DNA of 64,000 nucleotides from an uncultured delta proteobacterium (GTDB lineage Bacteria > Myxococcota_A > Polyangia > Haliangiales > Haliangiaceae): positions 448,001 through 512,000 of the forward strand of contig CAVUQH010000003.1 of NCBI GenBank assembly GCA_963743525.1, given 5' to 3'. This document shows, in pieces, positions 54,096 through 64,000 of this stretch; position 1 is the stretch's first letter, and each line of letters opens with the position of its first letter. The notes beneath the pieces are model-generated. The model had not been told where the DNA came from and made no database searches. It was given only the letters and a program-made list of their open reading frames with translations. A program made the position numbers and the translations under genes.

Positions 54096-57000
54096 ATGCG
54101 CAAGAGAATCGCCATTCTCGGCGGCGGCATGTCGTCGCTCGTGACCGCCTTCGAGCTCACCCGGCATGCCGGGTGGCGCAGCCGCTACGATCTGACCGTC
54201 TACCAGGAGGGCTGGCGACTGGGCGGCAAGGGTGCCAGTGGACGCAACGCCGAGCTGGGCCAGCGCATCGAGGAGCACGGGCTGCACATCTTGTTCGGCT
54301 TCTACGACAACGCCTTTCGCGTGATGCGCGAGTGCTACGGCGAGCTCGGTCGCAACCCCAACCAGCCGCTGGCAACCTGGGACCAGGCGTTCGCGCCCCA
54401 GGACCTGGTGGTGATGGAAGAGCACATCGACGACGAGTGGGTCCCGTGGGCGATCAAGTTCCCGCGCAACGACGCCGTGCCCGGCGATCCCGGCGCCTTG
54501 CTCAGCCCGTGGGACTACGTGCTGATGTTGCTCGAATGGGCGTCCGAGGCCTTCTACGACCCCAAGGTCGGCCCGGTCTCGGGGCTGTCCAAGCAGGCCG
54601 TCTTCGCCGCGCTGGGCACCGACCACCCGCGACTGCGCAACCTGGCCAACGAAGCAGTGGCCGGGGCGACGCCGTCGCGCGGGCGCAGCGGATTGCTCGA
54701 CGAGCTGCGCCACGTGTGGAACGTGCTGGTCGGCGGCGCCAGCGCTGCGCTCGATCTGGTCAGCAAAGAGATGTCCGAGGCGCTGCACCTGGCGCTGGCG
54801 GTGGCGCTGGCCCGGGCGCTGCCGGCCGACACCACCCGGCACGCCGCCAGCGATCACCGGCTGGTGATCGGGCTGGTCAACCGATTCCGCGACTGGCTGG
54901 GCGGGCTGGTGGATGGCACCAACCTGCGCCGCCTGCGCGTCGTCGTCGATTTCACCCTGGCGATGGTGCGCGGGCTGATCGAGGACGGCGTCGTCCTTCC
55001 GCCCCACGACTACTTCGCCCTCGACACGATGGACCTGCGCGCCTGGCTGGCCAAACACGGCGCCAGCGAAGAGACGCTCGATTCGCCGGTGGTCAAGGGG
55101 CCGTACGACGCCGCCTTTGCCGGCTTCACCCAGGTCGGTGCCGGCACCGGCGTCCACGGCATCCTGCGCATGGCCTTCACCTACAAGGGCGCGGTGCTGT
55201 GGAAGATGCAGGCGGGGATGGGCGACACCATCTTCGCGCCGCTGTACCAGGTGTTGCGCCGGCGAGGCGTGAAATTCGAGTACTTCCACCAGGTCGACCG
55301 ACTCGAGCTGTCGGCGGACAAGAAGCGGGTCGAGCGGGTGCACATGACCGTGCAGGCCGAGACCGTGGACGGCGCCGACTACCGGCCACTGGTCGACGTC
55401 AAAGGGCTGCCGTGCTGGCCCGACCGACCGCACTACGACCAGCTGGTCCAGGGCGACGAGCTGCGCCACAGCGGCGCCGACCTCGAGGATTGGTGGACTA
55501 CCTGGCCCGGCGTGGGCAAGAAGGTGATCGAGGCCGACCGCGACTTCGACCAGGTGGTGCTGGGCATCTCCGTCGGCGCGCTGCCGTACATCTGCCGCGA
55601 GCTGTGCGACGACGACGCCAACCCGCGCTTCGGCGCCATGGTCGAGCACGTTCAGACCACGCAGACCCGGGCGGCACAGCTGTGGTTCCGGCCCGACCTC
55701 GCCGGCCTCGGCTGGCAGGGCGACTCGCCGATCGTCATCCCGTACGCCGAGCCGTTCGACACCTGGGCGGACATGACCCACCTGTTGTCGCGCGAGGACT
55801 GGCCCGAGGACGCCGTCGCGACGCTGGCCTATCTCTGTTCGCCGCTGCCCGACGACGAGCCGATCCCGCCGCGCGACGATCACGACTACCCGGCACGCCA
55901 GCGCCAGCGCGTGCACGAGGAGCTGGAGCAGTGGCTGCGCCGCTACGCCGGCGGCCTGTGGCCGACCGCCACCGACACCGACGATCCTCGCGCGCTCAAT
56001 CCGTGGTTCCTGTTCGACCCCGACGATCGCGAAGGCTGGGCGCGCCTGGCGGCGCAGTACTGGCGGGCCACCGTCAGCCCGTCCGAGCGCTACGTCCTGT
56101 CGGTGCCGGGCAGCGTCTTCCACCGGCTGGCGCCGGACGAGTCCGGCTACGACAACCTGGTGCTGACCGGCGATTGGACCAAGAACTTCATGAGCGTCGG
56201 CTGCCTGGAATGCGCGGTCGCCGCCGGCTTGCTTGCCGCGCGGGCGATCGATCCGCGCGTCCGCGCCGCGCTGGGCGACTGGCTCTCCGGGGTGCAAACG
56301 ACGATCGATCGGCGCACGGCGCCGGTGCACGCGCCACCGGCGCCGCAGCTGCCGCAGTGGATCGCGCGCGACAACGATCAGATCGCGTTCGCCCCGGTGG
56401 GCATCGACGTCACCGTCTACATGTTCTTGCTGCCCGCCGACTACGACAAGCTGACGGCGGTGTGCAACCAGCAGCTGAACCGCGGCGACACCTTCTACCA
56501 GCCGCTGGCGCCTTTCGTTTGCCTGTACGCGGCGCGGGTCAACAACTACCCGCAGGTGCATCCGATCGGCTGGGTGCCGGAGCTCGACTTCGGCGTGTGG
56601 GTGCCGCTGCTCGCCGGGCCGCGCCACGGGCCTACGTTCGTTCCCGATCGGGTGGTCACCTACACGCCGTACATCTGGGTCGACAACGGCGTGGCGCTGA
56701 TCGGCGGTCGCACGGTGTTCGGCTTCGTCAAAGAGCTGGGCTACATGAGCATGCCCAGCACGCCGGGCGACGCCGCGCACTTCACCCTCGACAGCCTGGT
56801 GGTGCCGAAATACGGTCCGGACGCCAGGGCCGAGCAGCGGCGTGTGCTCGAGATCGAGCACACTGGCGATCGCATCTGGCCCGAGCTCGAGGCGCTGTGG
56901 CACGGCGGCGAGGCGCTGCTCGACGGCGCCGCCGATGAGGTCGAAGCGCTGTTCCGCGGCCACACCGCGCTGCCGATCCCGACCTTTGGCGGCGCGCGCA

Positions 57001-57320
57001 AGCTGCTTGCGCAGATGACTCACGGCATGCGCATGGTGTTCCTCAAGCAGTTCCCGGACGACCACCAGCCCGAACGCGCCTGCTATCAGGCGGTGGTCGA
57101 GGCCGATCTACCGATCACCGGCGACGTCCACGGCGGCTGGCTGTCGGGCGACTACGAAGTGCGCCTGCACCGCTACGACAGCGTGCGCATCGTCGATACC
57201 CTGGGCCTGCGCGCGGACCGCGACGACGGCGACGTCAGCATCCACCACCCGGCGGTGCACGGCTGGTCGCGATTCCGCGCCGAGGTCAAGCCCGGCACGG
57301 TCATCTGGAAGCGCCCCTGA
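54096..57320 (+). CDS. FAD/NAD(P)-binding oxidoreductase (amine oxidase/desaturase-like) fused to an acetoacetate-decarboxylase-like C-terminal domain
   Basis: IAILGGG, GWRLGGKGASGR, IEEHGLH, GMGDTIFAP, NLVLTGDW...GCLECAV. C-terminal region has YIWVDN...GGRTVFGFVK and FLKQFP...ACYQAVV. Confidence 0.8.
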   Translation: MRKRIAILGGGMSSLVTAFELTRHAGWRSRYDLTVYQEGWRLGGKGASGRNAELGQRIEEHGLHILFGFYDNAFRVMRECYGELGRNPNQPLATWDQAFAPQDLVVMEEHIDDEWVPWAIKFPRNDAVPGDPGALLSPWDYVLMLLEWASEAFYDPKVGPVSGLSKQAVFAALGTDHPRLRNLANEAVAGATPSRGRSGLLDELRHVWNVLVGGASAALDLVSKEMSEALHLALAVALARALPADTTRHAASDHRLVIGLVNRFRDWLGGLVDGTNLRRLRVVVDFTLAMVRGLIEDGVVLPPHDYFALDTMDLRAWLAKHGASEETLDSPVVKGPYDAAFAGFTQVGAGTGVHGILRMAFTYKGAVLWKMQAGMGDTIFAPLYQVLRRRGVKFEYFHQVDRLELSADKKRVERVHMTVQAETVDGADYRPLVDVKGLPCWPDRPHYDQLVQGDELRHSGADLEDWWTTWPGVGKKVIEADRDFDQVVLGISVGALPYICRELCDDDANPRFGAMVEHVQTTQTRAAQLWFRPDLAGLGWQGDSPIVIPYAEPFDTWADMTHLLSREDWPEDAVATLAYLCSPLPDDEPIPPRDDHDYPARQRQRVHEELEQWLRRYAGGLWPTATDTDDPRALNPWFLFDPDDREGWARLAAQYWRATVSPSERYVLSVPGSVFHRLAPDESGYDNLVLTGDWTKNFMSVGCLECAVAAGLLAARAIDPRVRAALGDWLSGVQTTIDRRTAPVHAPPAPQLPQWIARDNDQIAFAPVGIDVTVYMFLLPADYDKLTAVCNQQLNRGDTFYQPLAPFVCLYAARVNNYPQVHPIGWVPELDFGVWVPLLAGPRHGPTFVPDRVVTYTPYIWVDNGVALIGGRTVFGFVKELGYMSMPSTPGDAAHFTLDSLVVPKYGPDARAEQRRVLEIEHTGDRIWPELEALWHGGEALLDGAADEVEALFRGHTALPIPTFGGARKLLAQMTHGMRMVFLKQFPDDHQPERACYQAVVEADLPITGDVHGGWLSGDYEVRLHRYDSVRIVDTLGLRADRDDGDVSIHHPAVHGWSRFRAEVKPGTVIWKRP

Positions 57321-57323
57321 TCG

Positions 57324-57731
57324 TCAGGTGGTGGGCGGCGTCAGGCGGCCGGTGATGCTGTCAACGCCCGCCTTCCACTCGGCGAAGGCGTCGGTGTCGC
57401 GCCACAGCTCGAGCAGCTCGCTGTCGGCCGACAACACGCGGCCCAGGGCGGTGCGCGCCAGCTCGACCAGGTCGACGCCGATGGCCGGCTCCGACTGCAG
57501 GAACTCGGTGACCTCGTCGGGCAGGTCGCCGGGCGGCGGCTGGCCCAGCGACGCGGCGATCACCTCGGCGGCGGCGACGGCGCAACAGGCGTCGGACGCT
57601 TCGAGGTAGCCGTCCTGCGCGACCACGGCCTCGAGAGTCTCGCGGATGGCGCCGACGCCCGACTCCTCGAGCTCGTAGACCCAGTCGAGGGCGTCGTCGT
57701 TGCCGAAGCTGCCGCTGCTCCAGGCACCCAT
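57324..57731 (-). CDS. DUF4259-family protein
   Basis: MGAWSSGSFGNDDALDW, AAAEVIA, SELLELW. Confidence 0.85.
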   Translation of the reverse strand: MGAWSSGSFGNDDALDWVYELEESGVGAIRETLEAVVAQDGYLEASDACCAVAAAEVIAASLGQPPPGDLPDEVTEFLQSEPAIGVDLVELARTALGRVLSADSELLELWRDTDAFAEWKAGVDSITGRLTPPTT

Positions 57732-57756
57732 GCAGCCGATGGTAGCAGAGCGGTCG

Positions 57757-58766
57757 CTACTCCGCGACGGCGTGCTCGGCACGGTAGTCGGCGAGCATCC
57801 GCTGCACCGATCGCAGCAGGGCACCGGGAACGATCTCGTCGGGCAGACCGGTGCGCGCTCGCCGCGCGGCGTCGAAGAACTGGGCGCGGAACTGCCGCGA
57901 TACCTCGATGGTGCGCACCCCGCGCCGGGCGAATACCCCGCCAAGCAGTGCGGCGTCGTCGCGGCGGCCGAGCTCGTCGACCCGCATCGCCAGGCGGTTG
58001 GCTTCTTCGCGCAGCAGCCGGCGGTCGGCGGGAGAGATGCGGTCGACTGCCCGCTGGGTGACCAGCACGCAGCCGATGAGGAAGTCGCCGCGCAGGTCGG
58101 TGATGTTGGGCGCCAGCGAGAACCACTGGAACGCCAGCGCCGCCGACGGAATGACGAAGAAGGCGTCGATGGTGCCCTTCTCGAAGGCGTGGGCCCCTTC
58201 GGCCAGCGGCAGCGGAACCGGCGCCAGACCCATCCGCCGCTCGACCGCGGCGGCGACATCGTCCAGGCCCCAGGCCCAGAACTTGGCCGCCTCGAGCTCC
58301 TTCATGGTCCGGATCGGCTTGCGCGAGAAGATCACCGCCGGGCCCAGGCCGGAGTAGCCGAGCATCTCGAAGCCGGCGTTGTGCGCCTCGCTGATCAGCT
58401 GCGGGCGCAGGCGGTCGGCGACGTAGGCGGCCTCGTCGCGGCTCTGAAAGGTGCCGACGACGCGGAAGACGCGCATGGTCGGCATCACCTGGCTGCACAT
58501 CATTCCGCCCGAGGCGGTGCCGTCCAGTTGACCGCGGCCGATTCGCGCGGCGACCTCGGTCTCGGTGCCAGCCACGCCGCCCCAATACCAGCGCACGCGC
58601 ACGCGGCCGTCGGTGCGCCGCGACACCACCTGGGCGAACGCGCGCAGCTCTTTGGACCAGCCGCTGCCGTCGGGCGCGACCGTGGCCAGCCGCAGGGTCA
58701 CCTGCGCCCGCGCCGGGACCGACCACGCCACCAGCGCGACGGCGATCGCCGCCAGCAGCGCGCGCT

Positions 58767-58770
<4 letters not shown>
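57757..58770 (-). CDS. dctP: TRAP-transporter solute-binding protein (DctP family), probable CTG start
   Basis: Signal peptide, LRLATVAPDGSGW, TDGRVRVRWYWGGVAG.E, GQLDG, SRKPIR, LAFQW. Confidence 0.8.
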
Positions 58771-60614
<1,844 letters not shown>

Positions 60615-60739
60615 CCGTCCCGACCAGCCGATCGCGTTTCGTGCCGTTAATTCCAGCGTAGCATCTCGAATGCTACTGGCATGTTGCGTCTACGAGTTGA
60701 CTGGTCGCGAAGCAGATAGTGCGGCGTAACCAACGTCAT

Positions 60740-60765
60740 GCCGGCTACGAATAATCGTAGCCGGC
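60740..60765. terminator. 11-bp hairpin 10 nt past the stop of the beta-barrel gene, possible terminator or RNA stability element
   Basis: GCCGGCTACGA-ATAA-TCGTAGCCGGC, with no U tract. Confidence 0.5.
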
Positions 60766-60775
60766 GCACCTTCTC

Positions 60776-61315
60776 CTACCAGAAGAAGTAGGAGACACCG
60801 AGAGTGCTGACCAGATCGCCAACCAGACCGAACGCGGTTTGGTCTGGCGCCGCGCCACCGCTGTCGGCGATGAGGATGCCGACCCCGACCCCGGCATCGA
60901 GGGCGACGTTGCGCGTCAGCCAGGCGCGAATGCGCCCGCCGATCTCGAGGTGAGTGCTGGTGTCGGCGGCGACCGGTCCGTCGGGATTGTTGTTGAGGAT
61001 CTCCAGGCCGCCGCCGAGCGCGAAGTCGGAGCTCGAGCCGTGGTGGACCGGAAAGTAGAAGCGTCCGCCGATGCCGACGACGTTGGCGCCATTCTCGACG
61101 TTGAGGAACGTCAGCATGCCGCCGGCGTAGAAGGTGCCGGAGTCGTAGGTCACGGTGACGCCGCCGGGGTAGGCACCGCCGGTGTAGTTGGTCAGCCCGC
61201 CCGTGAGCATGGTCTCGACGCCGACGCCGACGCCGGATTTTTGTGCCCGGGCGGAGCCCGCCATGACACCGAGGAAGGATGCGATCGCGACGATCATCAG
61301 GGTGTGCTTGCGCAT
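60776..61315 (-). CDS. Small outer membrane beta-barrel protein
   Basis: Signal peptide ending ARA, alternating amphipathic strands, C-terminal GVSYFFW. Confidence 0.75.
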   Translation of the reverse strand: MRKHTLMIVAIASFLGVMAGSARAQKSGVGVGVETMLTGGLTNYTGGAYPGGVTVTYDSGTFYAGGMLTFLNVENGANVVGIGGRFYFPVHHGSSSDFALGGGLEILNNNPDGPVAADTSTHLEIGGRIRAWLTRNVALDAGVGVGILIADSGGAAPDQTAFGLVGDLVSTLGVSYFFW

Positions 61316-61375
61316 GGCCGGAGCATACGGGGTCCGGCTGACGCCGGCGCCGCGGCGGACTATGATGCGGGCTCC

Positions 61376-62836
61376 GTGCCCGAGGAAGACGCCAGCCGTC
61401 GCGCCGAGATCGATCCCCACGCCGAAACCGTGGGGACGCCGCCCGGTGCCGTCGCCACTGACGCGACCCTCACCGACGCCGGCCGTGGTTCAGCACCGCC
61501 CACCGTCGGGTTGACCGGGCAAAACCTGGCGCACTTTCGGTTGGACGCGCTGATCGGCAAGGGCGGCATGGGCGAGGTCTACCGCGCGACCGACCTGTCG
61601 CTCGATCGCGTGGTCGCGATCAAGGTGCTGCCGCCGGCGGTCGCCCAGGACCCGCGGTTGCGCGCGCGCTTCTTTCGCGAGGCCCGGGCGCAGGCGCGCA
61701 TTCAGCACCCCAACGTCTGCCACATCTATTACATCGGCGAGGAGCAGGGGCTGGTCTTCTTCGCCATGGAGCACATCGACGGCGAGAGCGTGGCCCAGCG
61801 TTTGGCGCGCGGGCCGCTGCCGGTTGACGACGCGCTGGAGATCGCGCGCATGGCGGCGCTGGGGCTGCGCGAAGCGAATCGCCACGGCTTCACCCACCGC
61901 GACGTCAAACCGTCGAACCTGATGCTGGGCACCGACGGCGCGGTCAAGCTGGTCGACTTCGGCCTGGTCACCGAAGGAACCACGGCTCGCGAGGGTGCGG
62001 TGCCGGCCACCGGCGCCGTCGACAAGACCGCAGTGGTCGGTACGCCGCTGTACATGGCGCCGGAGCAGGCGCGCGGCGACGCGGTCGACTCCCGCGCCGA
62101 CGTCTATGCGCTGGGCGCCACCCTGCACCACATGGTCGCGGGGGCGCCGCCGTTCACCGGCGACACGCCGATGGATCTGGTGTCGCGCCACCTCACCGAG
62201 GCGCGGCCGCGGATCGTCGCGCGGCGGCGCCGCCGCGGTCCGGCGCCGGTCGACGTGCTGTGCGACCGGATGATGGCCAAGCAGCCGGACGATCGCTTCG
62301 CCGACTACGACGAGCTGGTCATCGCCCTCGAAGATGCCTCGCCCGCGCGCACGCGAGCCGCCGGCTTCTGGGTGCGCGCGTTCGCCGCGACCATCGATCT
62401 GTTGCTCGTGCGGCTGGCGGTGGTGCCGATCGAGCTGGTGGCGCCGTTCGACATCACGCCGCTCTACGGCCTGGTGTTCTTCCTCTACTGCGTCATCGGC
62501 CACGGTCGCTTCGGCCGCACCGTGGGCAAGGCGACCCTGGAGATCGAGGTGGTGCGAGTCGGCCGCCGCGGCCCACCCGGCTTCGGCGTCGCCGCGCTTC
62601 GCTTCGGCGCCGAGTGGGGGCTGCTCTACACCGCCTTCGCTGCCGCCTACCTGGTCAGCTACGTCGCCGGCGGTGACTCGATGATCGCCAACGTCTTCGG
62701 CGTCATCGCGGTGGCCATCATGCTGATCCTCTACCCGCTCGAGGGCGCGCTCAGCGCCTGGATGACCGCCGACAAGCGGACCTTCTGGGACCGCGCCACC
62801 GGCACGCGAGTCTGCTACCGCCGCCTGCGCGACTAG
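61376..62836 (+). CDS. Ser/Thr kinase fused to RDD membrane domain
   Basis: IGKGGMG, HRDVKPSN, DFG, YMAPE. RDD has AGFWVRAFAATID, GRTVGK and WDRATGTRV. Confidence 0.9.
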   Translation: MPEEDASRRAEIDPHAETVGTPPGAVATDATLTDAGRGSAPPTVGLTGQNLAHFRLDALIGKGGMGEVYRATDLSLDRVVAIKVLPPAVAQDPRLRARFFREARAQARIQHPNVCHIYYIGEEQGLVFFAMEHIDGESVAQRLARGPLPVDDALEIARMAALGLREANRHGFTHRDVKPSNLMLGTDGAVKLVDFGLVTEGTTAREGAVPATGAVDKTAVVGTPLYMAPEQARGDAVDSRADVYALGATLHHMVAGAPPFTGDTPMDLVSRHLTEARPRIVARRRRRGPAPVDVLCDRMMAKQPDDRFADYDELVIALEDASPARTRAAGFWVRAFAATIDLLLVRLAVVPIELVAPFDITPLYGLVFFLYCVIGHGRFGRTVGKATLEIEVVRVGRRGPPGFGVAALRFGAEWGLLYTAFAAAYLVSYVAGGDSMIANVFGVIAVAIMLILYPLEGALSAWMTADKRTFWDRATGTRVCYRRLRD

Positions 62837-62987
62837 ACACAAACGCCTGGATCGGGAGCCGAATGTCGCCGCCCGCCTTTGGTGAGGGCGGACGAAATTC
62901 GGCTCCTTTCCATCCGTTTGGGTTTGGTTCTCTACCTTCGTGGTTTTCCACGATGACGCATTTTCAATGCGTCACTGTCTTGGCGCG

Positions 62988-63590
62988 CTACCAGTGCTTG
63001 GGCGCCAGCGAGCGGCACGCCTTCTCGAAGGCGTCGACCGCTTCCACTGCCCGTCCGGCGAGCAGGGCGCGGCAGTAGAAGTAGTGGGTGCCGTCGGGCT
63101 TCCACCAGGCGGCGGCCACCGTCGCCAGATTGCCGCGTTTGATCACGACCAGGCGAAAGCCGTCCTTCTTGTCGTCCACCGTCACCTGGCCGCCAAGCTC
63201 GATCTGCCGATCGAACTCGACCTTGTCGACGATCGGCGCCCACTCCTTCTTCTCGCACGCGCCGTCGCAGTTGGTCGACGCGGAGAAGCGGGTGGTGTCG
63301 CCCAGGTTCGCGCTCGCCGGCGGCTTCCAGCTGCCCGGCATGATCCCCTTGTCCCAGCCCACCGGCGCGGCGACCGTGAGCCGGCCGCGCGGGTCATCGG
63401 TCATGGCGAAGGTCAGCGTCGACTTCAGATCGGCGGGAACAGCGGCGTTGATCGCCGTCAGCGCGGTGTCGGCGGGTGCCGCCGCAGGTGCCTCGCCCTT
63501 GTCGCCAGCCTTGGCCTCGTCCGCTTTCTTGCCGCAACCAACGGCGACTGCCAGCGCAGCCACCACGAACCCCCACTGGCGTAGCTTCAT
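62988..63590 (-). CDS. Hypothetical lipoprotein
   Basis: Lipobox AVGC, TNCDGAC motif, GC3 bias. Confidence 0.75.
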   Translation of the reverse strand: MKLRQWGFVVAALAVAVGCGKKADEAKAGDKGEAPAAAPADTALTAINAAVPADLKSTLTFAMTDDPRGRLTVAAPVGWDKGIMPGSWKPPASANLGDTTRFSASTNCDGACEKKEWAPIVDKVEFDRQIELGGQVTVDDKKDGFRLVVIKRGNLATVAAAWWKPDGTHYFYCRALLAGRAVEAVDAFEKACRSLAPKHW

Positions 63591-63600
63591 CGCCGTCAGG

Positions 63601-63999
63601 CTATTCTCCGTACCGCTCGCAGTAAAGCCCCTGCAGCCGATAGCGAGCACCCGTGCACTGCGGCACCGGAGCGATCAGCACGGCTATCGCAATACCCGCT
63701 ACTGCCGCGCAGGTGGCGAAAACCAGCGCCGCTCCGCGACCGCCGCCGGGCAGCGGCCGGCCGAACCGGCGCCACAGGTAGACCGCGGCGAAGGCGTGAG
63801 CAGCCAGGAAGACCGCCATCGCCGGGGCCAGCGGCAGCACGGCCGGCATGGTCGCACCGCCGTTGAACACCAGCTCGCGCACCAGCGCGGGGCTCAACAG
63901 GTAGCCCAGCGGCAGCGACGCCACGGCGAACAGCGCCACCGCCAGCTGCGCGCGCCGGGTCCAGACCATCGCGCCCAGGGCTGCGGCGACCAGCGCGAT
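63601..63999 (-). CDS. Hypothetical membrane protein, 5' end outside window
   Basis: Frame stays open to the window edge, with several hydrophobic helices. Confidence 0.55.
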   Translation of the reverse strand: MALVAAALGAMVWTRRAQLAVALFAVASLPLGYLLSPALVRELVFNGGATMPAVLPLAPAMAVFLAAHAFAAVYLWRRFGRPLPGGGRGAALVFATCAAVAGIAIAVLIAPVPQCTGARYRLQGLYCERYGE

Positions 64000-64000
64000 C

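Noticed and set aside
53922..57065. Long antisense ORFs (this one, 25673..27766, 12366..14240, 1557..3563, 33991..35886 and others)
   Set aside because: These are shadow frames of GC3-biased genes with no recognisable motifs.
62840..62920. Integron attC site or group II intron domain V
   Set aside because: The ends do not match RYYYAAC/GTTRRRY, the domain V consensus is not met, and no integrase or reverse transcriptase is present.

Overview
This is a very GC-rich, gene-dense window that looks like a Myxococcota chromosome segment (taxon inferred from four eukaryote-like Ser/Thr kinases, FHA/PEGA/TPR proteins, a TSP3-OmpA protein and Cys-rich lipoproteins). From left to right it holds: the 3' end of class II (B12) ribonucleotide reductase nrdJ; a cobalamin riboswitch ahead of a btuB-like receptor and a beta-propeller lipoprotein; a collagen-like lipoprotein; an ftsE-(small ORF)-ftsX-envC-like-S41 protease operon; FHA and TraB-like OmpA genes; psuG, treT, mscS and other metabolic genes; a transglutaminase-elicitor-like lipoprotein; comM; a kinase-TPR-lipoprotein triplet; VIT/VWA and patatin genes; recA; a B12 radical SAM gene divergent from a kinase-ATPase-TPR gene and a flavoprotein/decarboxylase-like fusion; and a kinase coupled to a lone TRAP solute-binding gene. 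I saw no transposase, CRISPR array, tRNA or rRNA. The strongest non-obvious signals are four. (1) A candidate ~165-nt sigma54-dependent small RNA with its own terminator (minus strand, ~42092..41927). (2) Matching sigma54-type promoter architecture (GTCCG-N6-CGGAC palindromes, a shared 15-mer and a -24/-12 box at identical spacing) in front of comM and recA, 11 kb apart, suggesting a shared recombination/competence regulon. (3) Most apparent frameshifts and several D-to-N changes fall on the hexamer GTCGAC, pointing to modification-induced long-read errors and so to a host DNA modification at that motif. (4) Widespread leaderless-type promoters. Product calls come from motif recognition by eye, not database searches, and many start codons are estimates.
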